Assembly: GCA_049288275.1 (NCBI GenBank)
Contig: JBAQHK010000251.1
Location: 1-48,751 of the forward strand
Origin: a bacterium
Lineage (GTDB): Bacteria > Arandabacterota > Arandabacteria > Arandabacterales > Arandabacteraceae
Length of the DNA stretch: 48,751 nt
Direction of reading: 5' to 3'
Below the pieces are notes generated by a model that saw only the letters and a list, made by a program, of their open reading frames with translations, was not told the DNA's origin and ran no database searches. Of the stretch, positions 39,582 to 48,607 are shown piece by piece; positions within the stretch are counted from its first letter, which is position 1; every line of letters starts with the position of its first letter. Both the position numbers and the translations under genes were made by a program.

Positions 39582-40442
39582 TTGAGGATCATGGTGACCG
39601 GTGCGGGGGGCATGTTGGGCCGCGATCTCGTCGGGGTGCTGGAGGCCGAGCACGAGGTGCTGGCCCGGGACCTGGCCGACTTCGACGTGACCGACCACGA
39701 CGCGACCGTTCGCGCGGTGAGCGATGTCCGGCCCGAGGTGGTGGTCCATCTTGCGGCCTTCACCGACGTCGAGGCCTGCGAAGACAACCGGCAGCAGGCG
39801 TTCAGACTGAACGCCCTGGGTTCGATGAACGTGGCCGCGGGGGCCCGCGAGGTGGGGGCCTACCTGGTCTATCTGAGCACCGACTACGTGTTCGACGGCC
39901 GCAAGTCCGATCCCTATCTGGAGATCGACGAGCCCAGGCCGCTCAACTTCTACGGGCTGACCAAGCTCTACGGCGAGAGATACGTCAGGGAACTGACGAC
40001 AAAGCATCTGATAGTGAGGACGTCGTGGCTGTTCGGGCCGCACGGCCGGAATTTCGTGGATAGCATAGTGGCCAAGGCCTCACGCGGGACCAGACTGATA
40101 GTGGTCAGCGACCAGCGCGGTTGCCCAACCTACACGCTGGACCTGGCCAGGGGGATCGCGGCCGCGGTGGCGAAGGGCCTGGAAGGCGTGGTGCACATCA
40201 CCAACACCGGAAGCACCACGTGGTACGATCTCGCGAAGCTGGCGCTTGAGCTGGCGGGGCTCGCCGCGCCCATAGAGCCGGTCTCCAGCGGCCAGTACCC
40301 CACCAAGGCCCGCAGGCCGGCTTACTCGGTGCTGGCCAGCCTGGTGCTGGAGCCGAGCGGCATCGCGGCTCTGCCCTCCTGGAGGGACGGCGTCAAGGAC
40401 CACCTGCGGAGAAAAGGCATGCTGGCCAAGGCCTGCGCATGA
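39582..40442 (+). CDS. rfbD: dTDP-4-dehydrorhamnose reductase
   Basis: MVTGAGGMLG Rossmann, STDYVFDG, PLNFYGLTK catalytic YxxxK. Alternative start ATG 39591. Confidence 0.88.
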   Translation: MRIMVTGAGGMLGRDLVGVLEAEHEVLARDLADFDVTDHDATVRAVSDVRPEVVVHLAAFTDVEACEDNRQQAFRLNALGSMNVAAGAREVGAYLVYLSTDYVFDGRKSDPYLEIDEPRPLNFYGLTKLYGERYVRELTTKHLIVRTSWLFGPHGRNFVDSIVAKASRGTRLIVVSDQRGCPTYTLDLARGIAAAVAKGLEGVVHITNTGSTTWYDLAKLALELAGLAAPIEPVSSGQYPTKARRPAYSVLASLVLEPSGIAALPSWRDGVKDHLRRKGMLAKACA

Positions 40443-40458
40443 GAGGCGGGACGGCGCG

Positions 40459-41055
40459 ATGAGAAGAGGATCGAAAGACGGCGGAGATCGCTGGGTCAGG
40501 GATTCGCTGGAGGAGGCGGGTGGGGTCCTTAGGGACACCGCGGCTTCGTGCGAAGTCGAGATAGGCGCGGCCGCCAGGCTGGTCGCAACCGCGTTGCGTC
40601 GGGGCGGCAAGGTGCTGCTTTGCGGCAACGGGGGCAGCGCCGCGGACGCTCAGCACGTCGCCACGGAGATGACCGTGAAGATGAAGAAGGTGCGGTCGCC
40701 GATGGCCGCGATCGCGCTTACCGCCAACAGCTCACTGTTGACGGCGCAGGCCAACGATCTCGGGTTCGACACCGTCTTCTCCAGGCAGATCGAGTCCCTG
40801 GGCCGGCGCGGGGACGTGCTTGTGGCGATAAGCACCAGCGGCCGGTCCGCCAACGTGCTCAAGGGCGTGGCGGCCGCCAGGAAGATGGGAATAAAGGTGA
40901 TAGGGCTGGCTGGTTGCGGGGGCGGGAAGCTCGCTCCCTTGTGTGACGTGGGGATCGTGGTGCCGTCCGACCAGGTTCCTCGCGTTCAGGAGGCTCACAT
41001 CGCGATATGCCACCTGATCTGTGAGTTCGCGGAGGCCTCGCTTTTCGGCCGTTAG
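40459..41055 (+). CDS. gmhA: SIS-domain D-sedoheptulose-7-phosphate isomerase (GmhA family)
   Basis: LLCGNGGSAADAQHVATEM, VLVAISTSGRSANV, QEAHIAICHLI. Confidence 0.85.
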   Translation: MRRGSKDGGDRWVRDSLEEAGGVLRDTAASCEVEIGAAARLVATALRRGGKVLLCGNGGSAADAQHVATEMTVKMKKVRSPMAAIALTANSSLLTAQANDLGFDTVFSRQIESLGRRGDVLVAISTSGRSANVLKGVAAARKMGIKVIGLAGCGGGKLAPLCDVGIVVPSDQVPRVQEAHIAICHLICEFAEASLFGR

Positions 41056-41071
41056 GGAGAGGGTGAATCCA

Positions 41072-41524
41072 ATGAAGGACGTGCTCGAGACCATCGTCGG
41101 TGTCGCCGTCGGCGCCAGCAAGATGAAGAACTTCCTGCTGATAGTGTTCAGCGTGGTGCTCGGCGTTGCCGGGCAGTTCGCGCTCAAGTACGGCGTGGAA
41201 GCTGCCTCCAGTCAGCCATCCTCCAGGATCACCGAGTCCCTGGATGCAAAGTCCATGATCACCTTCTTCCACAGCGCGGCAACCAACAAGTTCGTGATTC
41301 TCGGGTTCGCGCTGTACCTCGTAAGCGCCCTCAGCTGGCTGATAATACTGTCGAGGGTGGATCTCAGTTTCGCCTATCCTCTGATAAGCATAGGGTACAT
41401 ACTGATCATGGTGCTGTCCAAGTACATATACAATGAACCGCTCACACCCCTGAAGATAGCGGGCACGCTTCTGGTGTGCGCCGGGGTGTTCCTGTTGGTG
41501 AGGTCCCAGGGAGGCGGGGCGTAG
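41072..41524 (+). CDS. small EamA/SMR-fold membrane protein (ArnE/ArnF-like putative polyprenyl-phosphate-sugar flippase subunit)
   Basis: About 150 aa with 4 predicted TM helices (LGVAGQFALKYG.., AYPLISIGYILIMVLS..). Function inferred from fold family and context only. Confidence 0.55.
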   Translation: MKDVLETIVGVAVGASKMKNFLLIVFSVVLGVAGQFALKYGVEAASSQPSSRITESLDAKSMITFFHSAATNKFVILGFALYLVSALSWLIILSRVDLSFAYPLISIGYILIMVLSKYIYNEPLTPLKIAGTLLVCAGVFLLVRSQGGGA

Positions 41525-41528
41525 GGAC

Positions 41529-42167
41529 GTGACCAGACCGAAGCCTGTTGTGATAGGCATGGCCGGGGGCACCGGGTCGGGGAAGACCACGGTGGCCACG
41601 ATAGTCAAGTCCCGCTTCAGCGAGGAGAACGTCACCATAATCCATCACGACTCCTACTACCGCGACAGGAGCGACCTGGCGTTTGAGGAGAGGGAGAGGC
41701 TCAACTACGACCATCCGTCGGCTTTCGAGAACGATCTGCTGGCGGCCCAGATTCGCGACCTCGTCGGCTGGCGCGCTGTGGACATGCCGGTGTATGATTT
41801 CTCCACTCACTCGCGCCTGGCCAGGCGGAGGCCGTTGGGGCCCTCGCAGATAGTCCTGCTGGAAGGCATACTGGTGCTGGCGGATGAGGCGCTTCGCTCC
41901 CTGATGGACATAAAGATCTACATCGAGGCGGACTCCGACGAGCGGTTCATAAGGCGGCTCTTGCGCGACATGAAGGAGCGGGGAAGGGACGCGGACTCGG
42001 TGATAGATCAGTACGTGACCACGGTCAGGCCGATGCACCTGCAGTTCGTGGAGCCGACCAAGAGGTACGCCGACATCATCATTCCGCATGGCGGACACAA
42101 CGCGGTCGCGATCGATCTGCTGGTGACAAAGATCCGCGACGTGCTGAGGGAGAGCGGGAATGAGTAA
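41529..42167 (+). CDS. udk: uridine kinase
   Basis: VIGMAGGTGSGKTT P-loop, NYDHPSAFE, RFIRRLLRD. Confidence 0.88.
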   Translation: MTRPKPVVIGMAGGTGSGKTTVATIVKSRFSEENVTIIHHDSYYRDRSDLAFEERERLNYDHPSAFENDLLAAQIRDLVGWRAVDMPVYDFSTHSRLARRRPLGPSQIVLLEGILVLADEALRSLMDIKIYIEADSDERFIRRLLRDMKERGRDADSVIDQYVTTVRPMHLQFVEPTKRYADIIIPHGGHNAVAIDLLVTKIRDVLRESGNE

Positions 42168-43053
42168 GTTCATCGCTTACGTTGAGTGCCTGCGGCCCGG
42201 CCAGTGGACCAAGAACCTGGTGGTGCTTGCCGCGGTGATCTTCTCCCGGAACATGTTCGTCCCCGACATGGCCCTGAGAAGCCTGGCGGCTCTGGGCATA
42301 TTCTGCCTGCTGGCGGGCTCCGTCTACGTGTTCAACGACCTCGCCGACATCAAGCGGGACAGGCTGCACCCCGAGAAGTCCAAGCGGCCCATAGCGAGCG
42401 GCAGGGTCTCCAGGACCGGCGCGTTCACGCTCGGCTGCTCCGCGGCGGTGGTGGGGCTGGCCCTGGCCTGGGCCCTCGGGACTTCATTCCTGCTTGTGGC
42501 GGGGATCTACTTCGTGCTGATAACCGGCTACTCGATGGGGCTCAAGAACGTGGTGGTGCTGGACGTGATGATCATCTCCATCGGTTTCATCCTGCGCGCG
42601 ATCGCGGGGGTGGAGGCCCTGAAACCGCTGGATCCGGGCGTGGTGATTTCGCCGTGGCTGCTGGTGTGCACCCTGTTCCTGGCGCTCTTCCTGGGCTTCA
42701 ACAAGCGCAGGCACGAGTTGGGCCTCCTGGCCGAAGGCGCCGGCGATCACCGCAGGAGCCTCATGGAGTACTCCAAGGAGTTTCTGGACGCGATGATCGC
42801 GGTCGTGACCGCCTCCACGGTCATAGCCTACTCGATCTACACCATCTGGCCCGCGACCGTGGAGAAGTTCGACACCACCAATCTGATCTACACCGTGCCC
42901 TTCGTGGTCTTCGGCCTGTTCAGGTACATGTACCTGGTGATCATGAAGAACCGGGGCGGCAATCCGTCGGAAGTGCTGATCTCGGACCTGCCCATCTTGG
43001 CCGACATCGCCGTCTGGATCGTCGTGGTGGCACTGGTCCTCTACACCTCCTGA
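42160..43053 (+). CDS. UbiA-family prenyltransferase resembling decaprenyl-phosphate 5-phosphoribosyltransferase (DPPRS)
   Basis: LRPGQWTKNLVVLAA, NDLADIKRDRLHPEKSKRPIASG, GLKNVVVLDV..ILRAIAGV, NKRRHEL..RRSLMEY. These parallel the mycobacterial Rv3806c-type sequence as I recall it. Confidence 0.7.
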   Translation: MSKFIAYVECLRPGQWTKNLVVLAAVIFSRNMFVPDMALRSLAALGIFCLLAGSVYVFNDLADIKRDRLHPEKSKRPIASGRVSRTGAFTLGCSAAVVGLALAWALGTSFLLVAGIYFVLITGYSMGLKNVVVLDVMIISIGFILRAIAGVEALKPLDPGVVISPWLLVCTLFLALFLGFNKRRHELGLLAEGAGDHRRSLMEYSKEFLDAMIAVVTASTVIAYSIYTIWPATVEKFDTTNLIYTVPFVVFGLFRYMYLVIMKNRGGNPSEVLISDLPILADIAVWIVVVALVLYTS

Positions 43054-43054
43054 C

Positions 43055-43993
43055 ATGGAAGCCGCAAGGCCGACCCGATCGCTCGTGCTCTCCGCCAACG
43101 CAAAGGTCAACCTGTTCCTCAGAGTCAGGGGCCTGCGCGCCGACGGCTATCACGAAATCGAGACCGTGTATCACTCGATCTCGCTTGCCGACACCCTGAC
43201 CGTGACTGAGCAGTGCGGTCGGATCTCGGTGACATCGGACGGCGCGGCTGTTCCCCTCGACCGGTCCAATCTGGCGGTGAGGGCGGCCGCCGCGCTGATG
43301 GAGCCCGCCGGGGCACCGGTGGCTGAAGGGCCGGGGGCGCGGGGTGGGAGCGGGCCGCGGCGTTCGGGCGTGCGTATCCACATAGCCAAGAGAATCCCCA
43401 TCGGCGCCGGCTTGGGTGGCGGGAGCGCCGACGCGGCGGCCGCCCTGGTGGGCGTCAATCGGCTGCTGGGCCTGGGCAGGTCCGGGGCGCAGCTCGAGGC
43501 CCTTGCCGAAGGGCTTGGGGCAGACGTCAAATTCATGTTGCGTGGCGGCTGCGCAGTCGGAAGGGGCAAGGGGAGCGATCTCCAGCCCGCCGCCTGCCTG
43601 CCTGCTCTGCCGGTGGTGGTGGCCGCGCCCCAGGTAACCATAAGCACGGCTTGGGCTTACCAGGCGCTCAAAATCAGGTTGACAACGCGGGAATCCCAAC
43701 TTACTATGGTGACTAGCGCTCTCGAGAAGGGAGACGTCGCGGCTGTGTGCGGCCTTCTCCAGAACGATTTCGAGAGATTGGTTTTTGACGAGTTTCCGGT
43801 AGTTAGGAGTCTGAAGGACGCGCTGATCGGGTGCGGGGCGATCGGCGCCCTGATGTCCGGTTCGGGTTCTTCGGTTTACGGCGTATTCTTGGAGGAGGGT
43901 GCGGCCATGGCCGCCGCGGAGCGGTTGGCCGGGCTCGGTTGTGAGGTAGGGCTTGCTGCTTTTGCTGTACGGGGCGTGACGACTCCCAGGTGA
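43055..43993 (+). CDS. ispE: 4-diphosphocytidyl-2-C-methyl-D-erythritol kinase
   Basis: KVNLFLRV.G.R.DGYHEI, GHMP kinase motif IPIGAGLGGGSADAAA. Has a G/P/R-rich insertion before motif 2. Confidence 0.9.
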   Translation: MEAARPTRSLVLSANAKVNLFLRVRGLRADGYHEIETVYHSISLADTLTVTEQCGRISVTSDGAAVPLDRSNLAVRAAAALMEPAGAPVAEGPGARGGSGPRRSGVRIHIAKRIPIGAGLGGGSADAAAALVGVNRLLGLGRSGAQLEALAEGLGADVKFMLRGGCAVGRGKGSDLQPAACLPALPVVVAAPQVTISTAWAYQALKIRLTTRESQLTMVTSALEKGDVAAVCGLLQNDFERLVFDEFPVVRSLKDALIGCGAIGALMSGSGSSVYGVFLEEGAAMAAAERLAGLGCEVGLAAFAVRGVTTPR

Positions 43994-44067
43994 GGTTTTG
44001 CTGCTCGTGCGGACAGGAGGAAACGCGAAGGGGCTCGTGCGGCAGGCTATGGGAGGGACCAGGTGCC

Positions 44068-44652
44068 ATGCTTGTGACCTCAGTCAGAGTTACGCCGATC
44101 GAGAAGGACCGGTTGCTTGCAGTGGCCAGTATCACCGTTTGTGACTGCTTCGTCCTGAGAGCGATGCGCCTCGTGGACGGTCACAAGCGCAAGTACTTGG
44201 CGATGCCGATCAGGCAGTCCAAGACCGGCGAGATTTTCGAGGTGTTCCACCCGATCAACAAGCAGACGCGTGACGGGCTTGAGGAGTTGATACTGAAGGA
44301 GTACGAGCGAAGGATGGCCGGCCTGCCCATCGCCCCGGCGCCCGAGTGCTACCTGGGAAGCCAATGCTCCGATTTCGTGGTCACCAACGTGCGCGTCAGG
44401 TGTTTCGAAGGCCTCAAGTTGAGAGGCTTCGCGTCCCTGGTGATTGACGACTGCATGGCGGTCACCGGCATAAAGATAATCGCAGGCAAGCGTAAGAGTT
44501 TCGTGCAGATGCCCAACGTGAGAAGAAAGAGCGGCAAGCTGAGAGACCTCGCTTTCCCGACGAAGCCTGAGACAAGGCAGATGATAGAGGAGATGATCTT
44601 CGCGGAATTCAAGCAAGCATCGCAGGGTGAACAGGCCGAAGAGAGCAATTGA
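44068..44652 (+). CDS. spoVG: SpoVG family protein with two tandem SpoVG domains
   Basis: Domain 1 MLVTSVRVTPIEKDRLLAVASITVCDCFVLRAMRLVDG..YLAMP. Domain 2 FVVTNVRVRCFEGLKLRGFASLVIDDCMAVTGIKIIAG..FVQMP. ATG 44068 after GGGAGGGA. Confidence 0.8.
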   Translation: MLVTSVRVTPIEKDRLLAVASITVCDCFVLRAMRLVDGHKRKYLAMPIRQSKTGEIFEVFHPINKQTRDGLEELILKEYERRMAGLPIAPAPECYLGSQCSDFVVTNVRVRCFEGLKLRGFASLVIDDCMAVTGIKIIAGKRKSFVQMPNVRRKSGKLRDLAFPTKPETRQMIEEMIFAEFKQASQGEQAEESN

Positions 44653-44671
44653 TCGAGCGTGAAGGCTGCCT

Positions 44672-44745
44672 TGGGGCGTCGTCAAGCGGTAAGACACAGG
44701 ACTTTGGATCCTGCACCGGAGGTTCGAATCCTCCCGCCCCAGCCA
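44672..44745 (+). tRNA. tRNA-Gln (anticodon TTG), CCA encoded
   Basis: Acceptor TGGGGCG/CGCCCCA, anticodon loop CTTTGGA, T-loop GGTTCGAATCC. Confidence 0.9.
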
Positions 44746-44799
44746 AGAGACCCCTAAACCGTTGGATCTATGCATCATCGCAGGAAGGGAAGACACCAG

Positions 44800-45726
44800 A
44801 TGAAGATCTTCGCGGGCAGAGCAAACAGGGCCCTGGCCCAGAACATAGCCACGTACCTCGGGACCGATCTGGGTGACAGCGAGATCAGGCAATTCTCCGA
44901 CGGAGAGATATTCGTAAAGTTCAACGAGAACGTGAGGGGGGTTGACGTCTTCATCGTCCAGTCCACTCTGCCCCCGGCGGACAATCTACTGGAGCTTCTG
45001 ATCATGATCGACGCCGCGTCGCGGGCGTCGGCGTCCAGGATCACCGCGGTCATTCCGTACTACGGGTACGCCAGGCAGGACCGGAAGGATCAGCCGAGGG
45101 TCGCGATAACCGCGAAACTGGTCGCCAATCTGATTACCGTGGCCGGCGCCAACAGGGTACTGGCTATGGACCTGCACGCGGGGCAGATTCAGGGCTTCTT
45201 CGACATCCCCCTGGATCACTTGTTTGCTTCGCCGGTGCTTATTGATTACTTTAAGAGCCTCGGTCTCAAGGACCTGACCGTGGTGGGCCCCGACATAGGA
45301 AGCGCCCGGATGGTGAGGGCTTTCGCCAAGAGGTTGGGAGGGGCGCCATTCGCGCTGATAGACAAGCGACGCCCGGCGCCAAACGTCAGCGAGGTGCTGA
45401 ACGTCATAGGCGAGATCGAGGGCCGGAACGTGATAATAATAGACGACATGATAGACACCGGAGGGACCATAGTCCAGGCGGCTGGCGCGCTCAGAGCCAG
45501 AGGCGCGAAGGACATCTACGTGGGGTGCACTCACGGGCTGTTCTCGGGCGATGCGCTGGCGAGGTTCAAGAGCTCACCGGTGAAGGAGATTGTGGTGACC
45601 GACACCGTCCCGATGGACCCGGGCAGGGCGATCCCCAATCTCAGGGTGCTGTCGGTTGCTGATCTTCTTGGTGAGGCCATGCGCAGGATTCATCTCGGAG
45701 AGTCAGTGAGTTCACTTTTCAAATGA
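44800..45726 (+). CDS. prs: ribose-phosphate pyrophosphokinase
   Basis: MKIFAG, YYGYARQDRK, DLHAGQIQGFF, IIIDDMIDTGGT PRPP loop. Confidence 0.95.
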   Translation: MKIFAGRANRALAQNIATYLGTDLGDSEIRQFSDGEIFVKFNENVRGVDVFIVQSTLPPADNLLELLIMIDAASRASASRITAVIPYYGYARQDRKDQPRVAITAKLVANLITVAGANRVLAMDLHAGQIQGFFDIPLDHLFASPVLIDYFKSLGLKDLTVVGPDIGSARMVRAFAKRLGGAPFALIDKRRPAPNVSEVLNVIGEIEGRNVIIIDDMIDTGGTIVQAAGALRARGAKDIYVGCTHGLFSGDALARFKSSPVKEIVVTDTVPMDPGRAIPNLRVLSVADLLGEAMRRIHLGESVSSLFK

Positions 45727-45741
45727 GGCAAGGTGGGTGAG

Positions 45742-46488
45742 ATGGCGACTATCGCACTGAAGGCTAAGGCAAGAGAGGGCGTGGGCAAGGAAACCGCCAA
45801 GAAGGCGAGACAGGTGGGTCTGATCCCCGGGGTGCTGTACGGCGAGGGCGAGGAGCCGCTGCCCTTGACCGTCAACTCCAAGGAATTCTACCCGGTCATT
45901 CATACCAAGGCGCGCGAGAACGTGATTCTCGATCTCACCATCGAGGGCGCGGGCCGCGGCGAGTGCAAGGCGATCATAAGAGAACTCCAATACCACCCGG
46001 TGAGGCGGGACATAATTCACGTGGACTTCCAGCACATATCCATGACCAAGGAAATCGTGGTCAAGGTGCCGATCATGGTGCTGGGCGAGGCGGTCGGTGT
46101 GAAGTCCCACGGCGGCATCCTCGAGTACCTCTTGAGAGAGGTCGAAGTCCAATGCCTCCCGGCCAGCATACCCGACCGGGTGACCGTGGATGTCTCCGAG
46201 CTGGACATCGGCGATTCGCTGCAGGTCAAGCACCTGACTGTCGAAGGCGTGAAGCTGCTCACAGATCCGGACGCGTCCGTGGTCACCGTGGTCGCCCCGA
46301 CTGTGGTTGAAGAGGTCAAGGTTGAGGCTCCTGCTGAAGCCGCGGCTGCTGAAGGCGCGGCGCCGGCTGAGGGCGCGGCCGCCGAGGGCGAGGGCGAAGG
46401 CGAGGCCAAGGCCGATAAGAAGGACGACAAGGCCAAGAAGGAAGACAAGCCGGAGCGGGAGAAGGGCGGCCGGAGACCGGAGAAATAG
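45742..46488 (+). CDS. rplY: 50S ribosomal protein L25 / general stress protein Ctc, with A/E/K-rich C-terminal tail
   Basis: REGVGKETAKKARQVGLIPGVLYG, H.D......I.V.VP. Low-complexity tail AEAAAAEGAAPAEG..KKDDKAKKEDK. Confidence 0.9.
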   Translation: MATIALKAKAREGVGKETAKKARQVGLIPGVLYGEGEEPLPLTVNSKEFYPVIHTKARENVILDLTIEGAGRGECKAIIRELQYHPVRRDIIHVDFQHISMTKEIVVKVPIMVLGEAVGVKSHGGILEYLLREVEVQCLPASIPDRVTVDVSELDIGDSLQVKHLTVEGVKLLTDPDASVVTVVAPTVVEEVKVEAPAEAAAAEGAAPAEGAAAEGEGEGEAKADKKDDKAKKEDKPEREKGGRRPEK

Positions 46489-46491
46489 GGT

Positions 46492-47085
46492 GTGCTTGTG
46501 GTGTTGGGGCTGGGTAATCCCGGCGGGCAGTACGACGGGACCAGGCACAACGTCGGCAAGGAGGTTGTGAGCGCGCTGGCCGAGGGCCTGCGCCTGAGGG
46601 CCTTGCCGGGCAGGGGTGAGTTCACCTGGGCCCGTGACCCGTCGAGGGATCTGGTTCTTGTGGCGCCCACCACCTACGTCAACACCACCGGTCGGGCGGT
46701 GCGCCAGGCTCTGGAGCAATTCGGCGCCCGGATCGAGGACCTGCTGATTGTCTGCGATGACTTCGCTCTGCCCCTGGGCGCAGTGAGGCTTAGGAAACGG
46801 GGCTCGGACGGCGGGCACAACGGCCTGGCGTCGGTGATCTACGAGATCCAATCCGAGGACTTCGCCAGGTTGCGCGTCGGGATCGGCCCCCTTCCGGAAG
46901 GCGCGGATTCGGCCGAGTTCGTGCTGTCACCGTTCGGTCCCGGAGAGCGTGAGGCGGTGGTGGGGGCCAAGGCTCTCGCGCGCCAGGCGGTGATGACGGT
47001 CCTCCAGGGCGGCATGGACAGGGCGATGAACACCTACAACGTGAGACCGCCCGCTTCCGGCGAGCCGGGCGGCGAGCCCGACTGA
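46492..47085 (+). CDS. pth: peptidyl-tRNA hydrolase
   Basis: GLGNPGGQYDGTRHNVG, DDFALPLG..R.R..GS.GGHNGL. Confidence 0.93.
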   Translation: MLVVLGLGNPGGQYDGTRHNVGKEVVSALAEGLRLRALPGRGEFTWARDPSRDLVLVAPTTYVNTTGRAVRQALEQFGARIEDLLIVCDDFALPLGAVRLRKRGSDGGHNGLASVIYEIQSEDFARLRVGIGPLPEGADSAEFVLSPFGPGEREAVVGAKALARQAVMTVLQGGMDRAMNTYNVRPPASGEPGGEPD

Positions 47086-47140
47086 GGCGCACGCCTCCGG
47101 CCTGCCGAGGGCTTGCGGCGAAGGACCAGGGAGGGCCGGC

Positions 47141-48235
47141 ATGGAAATCGGCATAGTGGGACTGCCCAACGTGGGGAAATCCACCCTCTTCAACGCCCTG
47201 GCCAACGCCCGGGCCGACGCGAGCAACTACCCCTATTGCACCATAGAGCCTAACGTCGCGGTGGTCGAAGTCCAGGACCGGAGGCTTGACGTGCTTGCGG
47301 GAATCGCCCACCCCAAGAAGGTCACCCACCCTTTCCTGAAGTTCGTCGACATCGCCGGCCTTGCCAAGGGAGCCCACAAGGGCGAGGGGCTGGGCAACAT
47401 GTTCCTCTCGCACATCAGGAACGTGGACGCGGTCGCGCACACAGTCAGGTGCTTCGAGGACAAGAGCGTGGTTCACGTGGAAGGCGAGGTGGACCCCAGG
47501 CGCGACGTGGAGATCGTCGAGCAGGAGCTCTTCCTTTCCGACATCGAGGTGGTTGACCGCAGGGTGGCGAAGATAAGCAACACAGCCAAGAGCGGGGACG
47601 AGCACGCGCGCAAGGAGTTGGCCCTGCTTCACCCGCTCCGCGAGGCCCTGAACAAGGGCCAGCGTTTCCAGTTGCCCGACGGTTCGGATCACGAGGCCGA
47701 GGGTTACCTGCGGGAGCTCAGGCTGATAAGCTCCAAGCCTTCGCTCTTCTGCGCGAACGTGGACGAGAGCCTGCAATCGGAGGCCGCGCAGAGGCTGGTG
47801 GGAGTCGTCCGCGACCTGGCAGCCGACCGGCGCACGGTCGCGATCCCGGTCTGCGCCAAGCTGGAGGCCGAGATCGGGGAACTGCCTCCGGCCGAAAGGG
47901 CGGCGATGCTGAAGGAGATGGGCTTCGACGAGAGCGCCATAGACAGGTTCGTAAGAGCTTGCTATGACCTGCTCGAGGTGATAACATTCTTTACGATCAA
48001 GGGCGATGAGACCCGAGGTTGGACGGTAAAGCGAGGAACCGGCGCGAGGGACGCGGCCGGCAAGATCCACACCGACATGTACGATAAGTTCGTGTGCGCC
48101 GAGGTGATCTCGCTGGAGGATCTCAAGGCCTCCGGGGGCGTGGCCCACGCGCGAGAGAAAGGCCTTGTGCGGACCGAGGGGAGGAATTATATGGTGAGGG
48201 ATGGGGACATCGTGCAGGTCAAATTCGGAAAGTAA
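47141..48235 (+). CDS. ychF: redox-regulated ribosome-binding ATPase YchF
   Basis: GIVGLPNVGKSTLFNAL, DIAGL..GA..GEGLGN, C-terminal TGS domain (YMVRDGDIVQVKF). Confidence 0.95.
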   Translation: MEIGIVGLPNVGKSTLFNALANARADASNYPYCTIEPNVAVVEVQDRRLDVLAGIAHPKKVTHPFLKFVDIAGLAKGAHKGEGLGNMFLSHIRNVDAVAHTVRCFEDKSVVHVEGEVDPRRDVEIVEQELFLSDIEVVDRRVAKISNTAKSGDEHARKELALLHPLREALNKGQRFQLPDGSDHEAEGYLRELRLISSKPSLFCANVDESLQSEAAQRLVGVVRDLAADRRTVAIPVCAKLEAEIGELPPAERAAMLKEMGFDESAIDRFVRACYDLLEVITFFTIKGDETRGWTVKRGTGARDAAGKIHTDMYDKFVCAEVISLEDLKASGGVAHAREKGLVRTEGRNYMVRDGDIVQVKFGK

Positions 48236-48247
48236 AGGGGGGATAGA

Positions 48248-48574
48248 ATGCGGGATTACGAGACGGTGTTCATCCTGGATCCAGCTCTTGATGAGGCGCA
48301 GGTCAAGGAAGAGGTTGAGAAGGTGAAGAACCTCATCACGAGTCTGGGTGGCGAAGTAACCAGCGCCGAGCCTCCGATCAGAAAGAAGCTTGCTTACGAG
48401 ATGAAGGGCAGGACCGACGGCTATTACGCGCTCGTGGCGTTCAAGTCCGAACCCACTGCGATCAAGGAGATCGAGAGGGCTTACAGACTTGACGAGCGGG
48501 TCTTGAGGCACATTGTTGTCGCGCGCCCCAAGAAGGTCGAGGCCCCGGAGCAGGCTGAGGAACCGCGGGAGTAG
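48248..48574 (+). CDS. rpsF: 30S ribosomal protein S6
   Basis: MRDYETVFILDP.., KLAYE..G...GYY. Followed by ssb as in rpsF-ssb-rpsR operons. Confidence 0.93.
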   Translation: MRDYETVFILDPALDEAQVKEEVEKVKNLITSLGGEVTSAEPPIRKKLAYEMKGRTDGYYALVAFKSEPTAIKEIERAYRLDERVLRHIVVARPKKVEAPEQAEEPRE

Positions 48575-48607
48575 GTTGATCCAAGGGAGAGGACAGGGGG
48601 GTTGAAG

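Noticed and set aside
42160-43053. Possibility that the UbiA-family gene is the archaeal-type DGGGP synthase that would complete the ether-lipid pathway begun by GGGPS.
   Set aside because: Its motif pattern follows DPPRS (Rv3806c-like) over the full length rather than DGGGPS. A true DGGGPS, if present, must be elsewhere in the genome. Kept as a point to test by phylogeny.
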